A stretch of DNA of 24,000 nt from an uncultured Actinomycetes bacterium (GTDB lineage: Bacteria; Actinomycetota; UBA4738; HRBIN12). Under the pieces are notes generated by a model. The model saw only the letters and a program-made list of their open reading frames with translations, searched no databases and was not told where the DNA came from. The stretch covers positions 1,816 to 25,815 of the forward strand of contig CAVOUQ010000021.1 in assembly GCA_963699635.1 (NCBI GenBank), written 5' to 3'. Position numbers and translations under genes: made by a program. Positions 1 to 7,737 of this stretch are shown here, one piece after another; the first letter of the stretch is position 1, and each line of letters starts with the position of its first letter.

Positions 1-308
1 GGCGTGTTGGCGCAAAGGGGCGTTTGACGTTGTTTCGAGCCACAACTGGATTGAGCCTTCCATCTGGAAGGGGCATGCGCGCGTGTGTCGTCGGAGAGCG
101 TGCCGTTGCGGCGCGCGCGATCGACCCGTTCCCGCTCGGCCCCTCGCTCGATGACGATCGGACCAGGGAGGGACGATCCAGGACAAGCCGCGATCGCAAG
201 AGGCGATCGTGCCCGTGGTCTTGATCGCTGGGGTGGTGGTGCCTATGGATGCGTGCAACTCGCCAGGGTAGCCGATCAAATCGATGCTTGGAGGAAGGAG
301 CTGCCACG

Positions 309-731
309 ATGGCGCTATCAGACCGTTTGGCGGATCTGGCGCGACGGGCCAAGGAGGCCGAGGATCGTGCACGCGCCGCCAACAGCGCTGCCAGGGAAGA
401 GTTGCGATCGGAGGTCGAGCAGGCGTCCAAGGCCGCACAGCACAAGGCTGATGAGCTCCAGCAGCGTGGCCAGGCCGAACAGGCCAAGGCGTCGGACTCG
501 TGGGCGAAGGTCCAGTCTGATTGGGCCAGGCACATCGAGACCGCGCGAGAGCACATCGCGGCCAAGAAGGCGAAGGCCGATGCCAAGTCGGCTCAGCTCG
601 ACGCGGACATCGCCGAGGCCGATGCCGAGGCGGCGATCGACTTCGCGTTCGCGGCAGTCGAAGAGGCCGAATACGCGGTCCTGGACGCAACCCTTGCGCA
701 GATGAACGCTGACGACATGGCGACGAGCTGA
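309..731 (+). CDS. hypothetical alpha-helical / coiled-coil protein (140 aa), no family assigned
   Basis: In-frame part of ORF 249..731. ATG 309 lies 8 nt after GGAGGAAGGAG (290-300). GC-rich third codon positions. The sequence is A/E/K/R-rich and helical, ending AIDFAFAAVEEAEYAVLDATLA. No catalytic motif recognised. Confidence 0.6.
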   Translation: MALSDRLADLARRAKEAEDRARAANSAAREELRSEVEQASKAAQHKADELQQRGQAEQAKASDSWAKVQSDWARHIETAREHIAAKKAKADAKSAQLDADIAEADAEAAIDFAFAAVEEAEYAVLDATLAQMNADDMATS

Positions 732-1022
732 TGACCGATCGCGAGTCGCTGACGCAGGGCTCGCCGTCAGACCGTTCAGCCTTGGTACGCGGCTGAGGAG
801 GTGGGCGCGCGGGAGCGGCGGTCGGCATCCACACGTCGGGCCAGTCCGATCACGGCCCGGAGTCGACGGGTCGATGATCAGCCTCTTGCGCGCGCGCCTA
901 TCGCGCCGAGTTCGTCGATTCCACGTTCGCGGTCCCTTGATCCACGGTCCATACGAAGGAGGTTGCGGTGGATGACACGCGCAGCGAGCGGATCGGCGAG
1001 GGCGGAGGAAGGCTAGGTGGAG

Positions 1023-1193
1023 ATGCAGACGGCGCTGGATCATGCCAAGCGCGCGGTCGAAGCCGCCGATCGAGCTGAGGGCGCCGCCCAGCAGGCTGCC
1101 GAGCACGCTCGTTCGATCGCGATAGCGATCTCGATCGTCGGCACCCTGGCGGCCGTAGCCCTGATCGCAGCCGCCGCCAGGCGACATCGCTAG
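1023..1193 (+). CDS. small tail-anchored membrane protein (56 aa), absent from the ORF track because it is under 60 aa
   Basis: Hand translation gives MQTALDHAKRAVEAADRAEGAAQQAAEHARSIAIAISIVGTLAAVALIAAAARRHR*. GGAGGAAGG (1005-1013) precedes ATG 1023. The stop at 1191-1193 is 36 nt before the next start. GC-rich third positions and one C-terminal hydrophobic helix. Confidence 0.45.
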   Translation: MQTALDHAKRAVEAADRAEGAAQQAAEHARSIAIAISIVGTLAAVALIAAAARRHR

Positions 1194-1229
1194 TCGATCC
1201 GCAAGTTGATGTCGGGAGAGGAGGTGGCC

Positions 1230-1823
1230 ATGCTGGCAGAGGAGCGCAGGATCGTTCGAGAAGAGTCACGCTACTGGTGGGTCTTGCTCGTGTCGGGGAT
1301 CGCATGGGTGCTGATCGCGTGGATCGTGCTGCGCCTGAATCTGACGTCGATCACGACGGTGGGCGTGTTGCTCGGGGTGGTGTTCATCGTCGCCGGCGTG
1401 AACGAGGTGACCGTGGCCACCCTGGTGCCCGGGGGGTGGAAGGTCTGGCACTATGTGATGGCGTTCATCTTCTTCCTCGGCGGGCTGTGGGGCCTGATCG
1501 AGCCCGTCGAGACCTTCTTCGCGCTCGCCTCCGTACTCGGCTTGATCTTGACCATCTACGGTGCGTTCGAGATCGCGCGGGCGGTCGCCTCCCGCGCCCT
1601 GAACTCCTACTGGTGGGTGGGCCTGATCACGGGGGTCCTGCTGATCCTGCTGGCCTTTTGGGTGTCCGGGTCTGACCGTGTCTACGCGCTCGCCCAGCGC
1701 ACGTACCTCATCCTGTTCTGGGTGGGCTTCTTCGCGCTGTTCAAGGGCATCATGCAGATCGTGCTCGCGTTCGGCGTCCGTCACGCGGGCAAGGAGGCCG
1801 AGACCGCCTCCGCGATGGCGTAA
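1230..1823 (+). CDS. HdeD / DUF308-family polytopic membrane protein
   Basis: ORF 1206..1823. ATG 1230 lies 6 nt after GGGAGAGGAGG (1213-1223). About six hydrophobic helices with repeated WW..L..G...L motifs (SRYWWVLLVSGIAWVLIA, NSYWWVGLITGVLLILLAFW) typical of DUF308. Confidence 0.75.
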   Translation: MLAEERRIVREESRYWWVLLVSGIAWVLIAWIVLRLNLTSITTVGVLLGVVFIVAGVNEVTVATLVPGGWKVWHYVMAFIFFLGGLWGLIEPVETFFALASVLGLILTIYGAFEIARAVASRALNSYWWVGLITGVLLILLAFWVSGSDRVYALAQRTYLILFWVGFFALFKGIMQIVLAFGVRHAGKEAETASAMA

Positions 1824-1830
1824 ACCGACA

Positions 1831-1857
1831 GCCGGACCCGACGCTCCTATGTCCGGC
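1831..1857 (+). terminator. stem-loop just after the DUF308 gene (possible intrinsic terminator, no T-tract)
   Basis: GCCGGAC (1831-1837) and GTCCGGC (1851-1857) are perfect complements with a 13-nt loop. The structure starts 8 nt after the TAA stop at 1821-1823. Confidence 0.35.
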
Positions 1858-2168
1858 CAGCCGGCGCCCTCGAGCGGATGCGCCACCGCTGGTTCAGGGG
1901 TCACCTCGGGAGGACCGTGGTCGGGGTGGCTCGCTCCTGCTGGTGGCCGTGGCGGCCGCGGTGTGATGTCGTCATATGAAGTCGACACCGGCGGAGGGAG
2001 CGCCGTGTGGCTTCGCGAGACGGAGCTCGACCGCAGCCTCGACCGTGACGATGCGCTCATCGAGACTCGATTCGAGACGTCGTGGGGTTCGGCTCACAGC
2101 GAATAACAACCTGTGTTCCGCTTGTCCCCGACCTGCAGGTTTGCAGCTCAGCACACCGTTTGGCCCGG

Positions 2169-2215
2169 CTTGGCTGGCAGCCATGAGGTCGGGGGTTCGA
2201 GTCCCCCTGGGTCCA
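2169..2215 (+). other. tRNA-Ala-like 3' half (anticodon arm, variable loop, T arm, acceptor 3' strand) with no matching 5' half
   Basis: T arm GGGGG-TTCGAGT-CCCCC (2191-2207). Acceptor 3' strand TGGGTCC plus discriminator A (2208-2215), with T at tRNA position 70. Variable loop AGGTC. Arm CTTGG-CTGGCAG-CCATG (one mismatch) presents anticodon GGC. No GGGCCCA/GGACCCA-type partner strand or D arm lies in the 80 nt upstream. Confidence 0.5.
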
Positions 2216-2480
2216 CACCCTTTGGTCGGCCCTTCGACATTCGCAGGTCAGAGGGGTCTGTTCGCGCTCTCTTTGGCCGAATTCGCCAAGACGGTTGCGT
2301 ACTCGTCAGGTCCCATCCTTGAGACCGAGGTGGTCGTCCTTGTCGACTTGTTTGGGTGTGGGATCGGACGGGTACGGAGGTACTGCGCCGTTCCGGGCGT
2401 ACCATGGGGGCTTCGTTTTGGCCGGATCGAATCGAGATGACCATCCGCGACGTGATCACCGTTCGCGAAGGAGGGACCAC

Positions 2481-3599
2481 ATGAGACACCTCAAGCGCGC
2501 GCTTGCCCTGACGGGCGTGATGGCAATGTTCGGGACGGGGCTCGTCGTGAGCGGATCCGTTGCCTCGGCGGGACAATCCGATCACTTCGAGATCTTCTCC
2601 CATGACGACGACAATGTCTTCACCCGCTATTCCTTCCCCGTCCCCCAGTGGGAGTTCGGAGATCGCCCGGGCTACACGTGCGCGTGGGGGTTCCTGATGA
2701 ACGGCGGCACGCAGGTTGCGCGGGTGCAGCTGGACCGCGCGCAGTACTGGGTCGACATCAACGACAAGTACGGCGAAGAGCACGAGAACGACGGCAGTCA
2801 ATGTCTTCCCGAGGAGGAGCGCGAGACCAAGTCGAAGCCGGCCTCCCTTGGCGACACGATCGTTTCGTTCAACAGCGGAGCGGGGACGCTCACCTCGCTG
2901 ACGTTCCCCGCGACCTCGCCCGAGAACGCCGACGCGTGGTGGGAGCTCGAGGAGGCGGAGGATGATGAGGTCGAGCTGGAGCTGTACTGGCATGACGAGG
3001 TGGTCACGGTCGCGACGATCACCGCACTCTCACCTTCGATGAGCCTCTCGACGCGCTCGACGGCCGCGCCCGCGATCGCCTCGTTCTCGCCGGCGGTCGG
3101 TGGGGTGGGAAGCTCCGTCACGCTCGTTGGGGCCAACTTCGTGGGCGTGACCTCCGTGACGTTCAACGGGGTCGCCGCGTCGTTCGAGGCGGAGTCGTCG
3201 GACGAGCTCGTTGCCACCGTGCCCGCCGGCGCGACCGATGGACCGATCGTGGTCACGACGCCTGCCGGATCGGCCACGACCGCGACCAGCTTCACGGTCG
3301 ACAGCACCATCACTCACGCGACCTCGCTGACCCTCGTTCTTCGGCGTCACCTGGTCGCGTCGGGCGTCGTCCACGTGCTCGACGGCACCAGCAGCTGCCT
3401 TTCGGGCCGGACGGTGGTCGTCCAGCGCAGCGTCAACGGGGGCTGGAAGGACGTCGGCACGGCGGAGACCGGCAACGGCGGCGCCTACCGCGCGAAGCTG
3501 AAAGACCGGGAGGGCCGCTATCGCGCTCGGGTGCACGAGACGAAGCTCGCGAACGGCGACACCTGCCTCGGCGACGTCTCCAAGAAGCGTTTGAACTGA
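2481..3599 (+). CDS. secreted protein with an IPT/TIG (Ig-like) domain and a C-terminal beta-sandwich-like region (372 aa)
   Basis: In-frame part of ORF 2295..3599. ATG 2481 lies 5 nt after GAAGGAGGG (2467-2475). Signal peptide MRHLKRALALTGVMAMFGTGLVVSGSVASA. IPT/TIG-like segment PAIASFSPAVGGVGSSVTLVGANFVGVTSVTFNGVAASFEAESSDELVATVPAGATDGPIVVTTPAG. Confidence 0.75.
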   Translation: MRHLKRALALTGVMAMFGTGLVVSGSVASAGQSDHFEIFSHDDDNVFTRYSFPVPQWEFGDRPGYTCAWGFLMNGGTQVARVQLDRAQYWVDINDKYGEEHENDGSQCLPEEERETKSKPASLGDTIVSFNSGAGTLTSLTFPATSPENADAWWELEEAEDDEVELELYWHDEVVTVATITALSPSMSLSTRSTAAPAIASFSPAVGGVGSSVTLVGANFVGVTSVTFNGVAASFEAESSDELVATVPAGATDGPIVVTTPAGSATTATSFTVDSTITHATSLTLVLRRHLVASGVVHVLDGTSSCLSGRTVVVQRSVNGGWKDVGTAETGNGGAYRAKLKDREGRYRARVHETKLANGDTCLGDVSKKRLN

Positions 3600-3616
3600 C
3601 CGGGGCTCGAGGGATC

Positions 3617-3639
3617 CTCGCGGCAACGACGGCCGCGAG
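3617..3639 (+). terminator. stem-loop after the IPT/TIG gene (possible terminator, no T-tract)
   Basis: CTCGCGGC (3617-3624) and GCCGCGAG (3632-3639) are perfect complements with a 7-nt loop, 18 nt after the TGA stop at 3597-3599. Confidence 0.4.
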
Positions 3640-3697
3640 AACCTAGGACGGTTCCTGGACGGGCCCGTTCGGCGGGTTGGGTACCATCTCGGTCACC

Positions 3698-6142
3698 ATG
3701 CGCCGGTACGAAGCGTCCGAGATCGAGCCGAGATGGGTCGAGCGGTGGGAAGCCGAGGGCCTCTACCGGGCCTCGGAGGATCCCGCGGACCCAAGGCCGC
3801 GCTTCTACGCGCTGGACATGTTCCCGTACCCCTCGGGCGACCTGCACATGGGCCACGCCGAGGCGTTCAGCGGCGGCGACGCCGTGGCCCGGTTCGCGAC
3901 GATGCGCGGCGCCAACGTCCTGCATCCGATCGGATGGGACGCATTCGGGCTGCCCGCCGAGAACGCGGCGATCAAACGTGGGATCCACCCCAAGGAGTGG
4001 ACCTACGCGAACATCGAGCAGCAGGCTCGCTCGTTCCGTCGCATGGGGATGTCGTTCGACTGGACGCGGCGGCTCCAGACCTGCGATCCGGAGTATTACC
4101 GCTGGACGCAGTGGCTGTTCCTCAGGCTGTTCGAGCGCGGCCTGGCCTATCGCAAGACGGCGCCGGCGAACTGGTGTCCGAACGACGCCACCGTGCTGGC
4201 CAACGAGCAGGTGATCAACGGCGCCTGCGAGCGTTGCGGCGCCTCGGTGGTGCGCAAGGACCTCACGCAGTGGTTCTTCAAGATCACGGACTACGCGCAG
4301 CGACTGCTCGACGACGTGGAGGTCCTGGTCGACTGGCCTGACCGCGTCATCACGATGCAGCGGAACTGGATCGGGCGCTCCGAGGGCGCGCAGGTCGCGT
4401 TCGAGATCGCCGAGACCGGGGATCGGGTCGACGTGTTCACGACCCGCCCCGACACGCTGTGGGGCGTCAGCTTCTTCGCGTTCGCGCTCGAGCACCCGCT
4501 CGTCCGCCGGCTGGCCGAGGCGGGCGGGTCGTCGGCCGAGGCCACCGAGATGCTCGACCGCCTGCAGGCCACGCCGCTCACCAACCGGGAGCAGGCCGAG
4601 AGCCGTGAGGGCGTGAGGCTGGGGGTCCATGCCGTGAACCCCGTGAACGGGGAGAAGGTGCCCGTGTTCGTCGCGCCGTACGTGCTGATGGAGTACGGCA
4701 CGGGGGCGGTCATGGGCGTCCCCGCCCACGACCAGCGCGACTTCGAGTTCGCGCGCCACCACGGCCTCCCGGTCCGCGTCGTCGTGCAGCCGGACGGCGA
4801 GCTGCGCGACGCCGAGTCGATGACCGAGGCGTACGACCACGAGGGCGTGATGGTCAACTCGGGGCCGTTCGACGGCGTCCGCTCGCCCGAGTCGATCGGC
4901 CGGGTCATCGAGTGGCTGGAGGACGAGAGGAAGGGGACGGCCGCCGTCAGCTACCGGCTGCGCGACTGGCTGATCAGCCGTCAACGCTACTGGGGGGCCC
5001 CGATCCCGATCGTGCACTGCGCCGAGCACGGCGAGGTCGCCGTCCCGGACGACCAGCTTCCCGTGCTGCTGCCCGACGACGTCGACTTCCGTCCCGGTGG
5101 CGTGTCGCCGCTCGCCCGCCACGACGCATTCGTCAACACCACCTGCCCGATCTGCGGCCGGGACGCCAAGCGCGACACGGACACGATGGACACGTTCGTG
5201 GACTCGTCCTGGTACTTCTTCCGGTACTGCTCGCCGGGGGACGAGGAGCGCCCGTTCGCGCCCGAGGACGTCGCGCGCTGGATGCCGGCCGACCAGTACA
5301 CGGGGGGCGTCGAGCACGCGATCCTGCACCTGCTCTATTGCCGCTTCTTCACCAAGGTGCTCTTCGATCTCGGTCTCGTGCCGTTCACGGAGCCGTTTCC
5401 GCGCATGATGAACCAGGGCCAGGTGATCTACGACGGCGCATCGATGAGCAAGTCCAAGGGCAACCTCGTCGAGCCGATGCCGCTCGTCGAGCGATGGGGC
5501 GCCGACACGATGCGTCTCACGATCCTGTTCGCCGGACCGTTCGAGGACGACATCGACTGGAAGCTGATCGCCCCCGATCCCGATCGCCGCCCGAGCATGA
5601 ACGCGTGGCTCGGCCGGGTGTTCGCCGCGGTCTGGGAGGCGGCCGAACGCGGCGAGGAGGATCCGGAGTCGCTCCGGCGGATCACCCACCGAACCATCAA
5701 GGACGTCACGGGTGACCTCGAGCGGTTCCGATACAACGTGGCGATCTCCAAGCTCCAGGTCCTGACCAACGAGCTGCGCTCGGCGCTGGACGCCGGTGGC
5801 GGTGGCCGGGAGGCCGCGACGGCGTTGGTCCTGATGCTCGCGCCCATGTCTCCGTTCCTGACGGAGGAGCTCTGGCGCACGGCGCTCGGCCACGGCGAGA
5901 GCGTGCATCTGGCCGCCTGGCCGCCGTTCGATGCGGACCTGGCGCGGCAGGAGCGGGTCACGCTCGTCGTGCAGGTCGACGGGAAGGTGCGCGACCGCAT
6001 CGAGGTTCCCGCCGACGCCTCCGGGGACCGCTGCCGTGAGCTCGCGATGGCCTCGGCGAACGCCCGCCGGGCGACCGGTGGCCGCGAGGTTCGCCAGGTC
6101 GTGGTTCGGCCGCCGCGCCTCGTGAACCTGGTCACCGTCTAG
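3698..6142 (+). CDS. leuS: leucyl-tRNA synthetase
   Basis: ORF 3677..6142. Class I motifs PYPSGDLHMGH (HIGH-type) and SMSKSKGN (KMSKS). Full-length LeuS architecture, including the editing-domain region. ATG 3698 (MRRYEASEIEPRW) chosen over TTG 3677. Confidence 0.97.
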   Translation: MRRYEASEIEPRWVERWEAEGLYRASEDPADPRPRFYALDMFPYPSGDLHMGHAEAFSGGDAVARFATMRGANVLHPIGWDAFGLPAENAAIKRGIHPKEWTYANIEQQARSFRRMGMSFDWTRRLQTCDPEYYRWTQWLFLRLFERGLAYRKTAPANWCPNDATVLANEQVINGACERCGASVVRKDLTQWFFKITDYAQRLLDDVEVLVDWPDRVITMQRNWIGRSEGAQVAFEIAETGDRVDVFTTRPDTLWGVSFFAFALEHPLVRRLAEAGGSSAEATEMLDRLQATPLTNREQAESREGVRLGVHAVNPVNGEKVPVFVAPYVLMEYGTGAVMGVPAHDQRDFEFARHHGLPVRVVVQPDGELRDAESMTEAYDHEGVMVNSGPFDGVRSPESIGRVIEWLEDERKGTAAVSYRLRDWLISRQRYWGAPIPIVHCAEHGEVAVPDDQLPVLLPDDVDFRPGGVSPLARHDAFVNTTCPICGRDAKRDTDTMDTFVDSSWYFFRYCSPGDEERPFAPEDVARWMPADQYTGGVEHAILHLLYCRFFTKVLFDLGLVPFTEPFPRMMNQGQVIYDGASMSKSKGNLVEPMPLVERWGADTMRLTILFAGPFEDDIDWKLIAPDPDRRPSMNAWLGRVFAAVWEAAERGEEDPESLRRITHRTIKDVTGDLERFRYNVAISKLQVLTNELRSALDAGGGGREAATALVLMLAPMSPFLTEELWRTALGHGESVHLAAWPPFDADLARQERVTLVVQVDGKVRDRIEVPADASGDRCRELAMASANARRATGGREVRQVVVRPPRLVNLVTV

Positions 6143-6161
6143 TTCGGGGCCACGGTCCGCG

Positions 6162-6188
6162 CCTCCGAGTGCGCTCCGCGCTTGGAGG
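6162..6188 (+). terminator. weak stem-loop downstream of leuS
   Basis: CCTCCGAG (6162-6169) pairs with CTTGGAGG (6181-6188), including one G-U pair, with an 11-nt loop. It starts 20 nt after the leuS TAG stop. Confidence 0.25.
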
Positions 6189-6309
6189 GACACGGTGGAG
6201 GTTCGGCGGGTCCCCCGGAAGAACCGCTCTCAACCCACACGGCCGAACGCCGATAACTAGGGAGGACCATCCTGGGGATGGCCCGATTCTCGTTGGGCGG
6301 GAGGGATCG

Positions 6310-7683
6310 GTGACCGCGATCGCGCAGTCGAGGCTTCCGGCCCGGGCAGCCATGGACAGGGCGCTCGGGATCTCGGCGCTTCGCAGCGAGCGATCGATCG
6401 CCCTGATCCGCATCGCCATCATCGGCGTCGTCATGTGGATCTACCTGAGCTCCCTCGGCATCCGGCGCCAGCTCGGGCCCGCCGCGATCGTGATCCTCGC
6501 GTTCGCGGGGCTGTACGGCGTCGTCTCGCTCCTCGTGCTGATCGGGGATCAGATGCCGTCGATGCGCGCGCGATTCGTGACGGTCGTCGTCGACATCCTG
6601 CTGATCACGCTCTGGGTCCAGGCGACCGGCGGCCCGACGAGCGAGTTCTGGACCCTGTACCTGATCGTGGTGGTCTCGGCGGCGTTGCGGTTCCGGTTGC
6701 TCGAGACGCTGGCCGTGGCGCTCGGCCTGACGATCCTGCACCTGTCGCTCACGATCGGTGACGGCGGGCTCGAACGGTCCCAGATGATCTACCGGCCGTC
6801 CCTGCTGATCGCGACCGGTTTCGCCGTCGGCGTCCTCGCTCACCAGCGCGCGATCCATCGCCGCGAGCGCCGCGTCCTCGAGGCCCTCGTGGAGACGCGG
6901 GGGATGGAGCTCGGGCAGGAGCGGGCCGAGGTCGAGCGCCTTCGTCGCGTCGACCTCAAGCGTTCGGAGTTCGTGGCGATCGCCGCGCACGAGTTCCGCA
7001 CGCCGCTCGCCGCCGTGATCGGCGTGCTGAGCACCCTGAAGACCCACGGAGAGGTGCTGGAGGAAAGCGTCCGCGACGAGCTGATCGAGGGGGCGCAGGC
7101 GCAGGCCGAGCGCCTCGCGCGCCTCGTCGAAGACCTCCTGACGGCCTCGCGCATCGAGGACGGCGTGCTCCGGCTGCACACCGAGCGCGTGAACCCCCGC
7201 GCGCTCGTCGCCGAGGCGGAGCAGGCATCGGGGACGATCGGACGGGTCAGCGTCGAGCTCCATCGCGTCGATCCGCTCGTGTGCGACGAGGACGCGATCG
7301 TGCGGGTGCTCACCAACTTCCTCGACAACGCGAAGAAGTACTCGCCGGAGGACGCGCCGATCGTCCTCTCCGTGTCCCAGGACGAGGACGAGGTCCGCTT
7401 CTCGGTCAGGGACTCGGGGCCGGGCATCCGTCCGGAGGATCGGGAGGCCGTGTTCGAACGGTTCCGACGGCTGGGCGACGGCGTCAAGCCGGGCGCGGGG
7501 CTCGGCCTCTACATCTCGCGCGGCCTCGTCGAGGCACACGGCGGCGAGGTGACCGTCGGAGACGCGCCCGAGGGCGGGGCGGAATTCGCGTTTACCCTGC
7601 CGCGACTGGTGGACGACGCCGACGACGAGTCCGACGAGCCCACTGTGACCCAGGTCACGGCGGCCGTGACCGGCGCCCGGTAG
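6310..7683 (+). CDS. membrane-embedded sensor histidine kinase (HisKA + HATPase_c), no adjacent response regulator
   Basis: ORF 6169..7683. GTG 6310 follows GGGAGGGA (6299-6306). About five N-terminal transmembrane helices. H box AIAAHEFRTPLAAV, N box DNAKKYSP, G1 DSGPGI, G2 GAGLGLYISRGLVEAHGG. Confidence 0.85.
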   Translation: MTAIAQSRLPARAAMDRALGISALRSERSIALIRIAIIGVVMWIYLSSLGIRRQLGPAAIVILAFAGLYGVVSLLVLIGDQMPSMRARFVTVVVDILLITLWVQATGGPTSEFWTLYLIVVVSAALRFRLLETLAVALGLTILHLSLTIGDGGLERSQMIYRPSLLIATGFAVGVLAHQRAIHRRERRVLEALVETRGMELGQERAEVERLRRVDLKRSEFVAIAAHEFRTPLAAVIGVLSTLKTHGEVLEESVRDELIEGAQAQAERLARLVEDLLTASRIEDGVLRLHTERVNPRALVAEAEQASGTIGRVSVELHRVDPLVCDEDAIVRVLTNFLDNAKKYSPEDAPIVLSVSQDEDEVRFSVRDSGPGIRPEDREAVFERFRRLGDGVKPGAGLGLYISRGLVEAHGGEVTVGDAPEGGAEFAFTLPRLVDDADDESDEPTVTQVTAAVTGAR

Positions 7684-7737
7684 CTTCAACCGTCCTCTCC
7701 CGCCTTCACGGCTCCCCCGTCTCGAGGTGAGGTACGC

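Noticed and set aside
56-71. The inverted repeat CCTTCCA-TC-TGGAAGG and a TTGACG / TGGATT pair (24-52), considered as a terminator or promoter at the window start.
   Set aside because: The loop is too short and the -10 candidate is weak. No upstream gene context is visible in the window, so neither call can be supported.
801-1016. A 71-aa ORF preceded by GAGGAGGTG in the 732-1022 spacer, and a 21-aa ORF at 731-796.
   Set aside because: The 71-aa translation is Arg/Ser/Pro-rich (MGARERRSASTRRASPITARSRR...) and the 21-aa ORF has several AT-ending codons (tca, cgt, gta); neither has any motif. They look like chance ORFs in GC-rich non-coding DNA.
1834-2218. A tmRNA (ssrA) gene ending in the tRNA-like element. 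The length of about 385 nt would fit, and GGACCCG at 1834-1840 could pair with the acceptor 3' strand.
   Set aside because: GGACCCG is one arm of the 1831-1857 hairpin and would give A3:U70 instead of the obligatory G3:U70. There is no GGGG...GG(A/T)TTCGAC 5' signature. No tag reading frame ends in an Ala-rich C-terminus before a stop, and there is no smpB neighbourhood. I could not fold pseudoknots by eye, so an Infernal RF00023 scan is still worthwhile.
2404-2484. A 26-codon upstream ORF (MGASFWPDRIEMTIRDVITVREGGTT*) whose TGA overlaps the ATG of the IPT/TIG gene.
   Set aside because: It has no Shine-Dalgarno sequence, more AT-ending codons than genuine genes here and no recognisable peptide features. 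The overlap may be coincidental because the main gene's ribosome-binding site lies inside it.
3518-6193. Very long minus-strand ORFs antisense to recognised genes: 3518..6193, 6139..8442, 8259..10775, 12523..13551, 13710..14924, 17432..19186, 19219..20973 and 21454..23268.
   Set aside because: Each lies opposite a gene with clear family motifs (leuS, the kinase, comEC, lepA, hemW, hrcA/dnaJ, phoH, the CBS protein). Their translations are R/P/G/D/H-rich low-complexity strings with no motifs. Stop codons are rare in every frame at about 70% GC, so ORF length carries no weight here.
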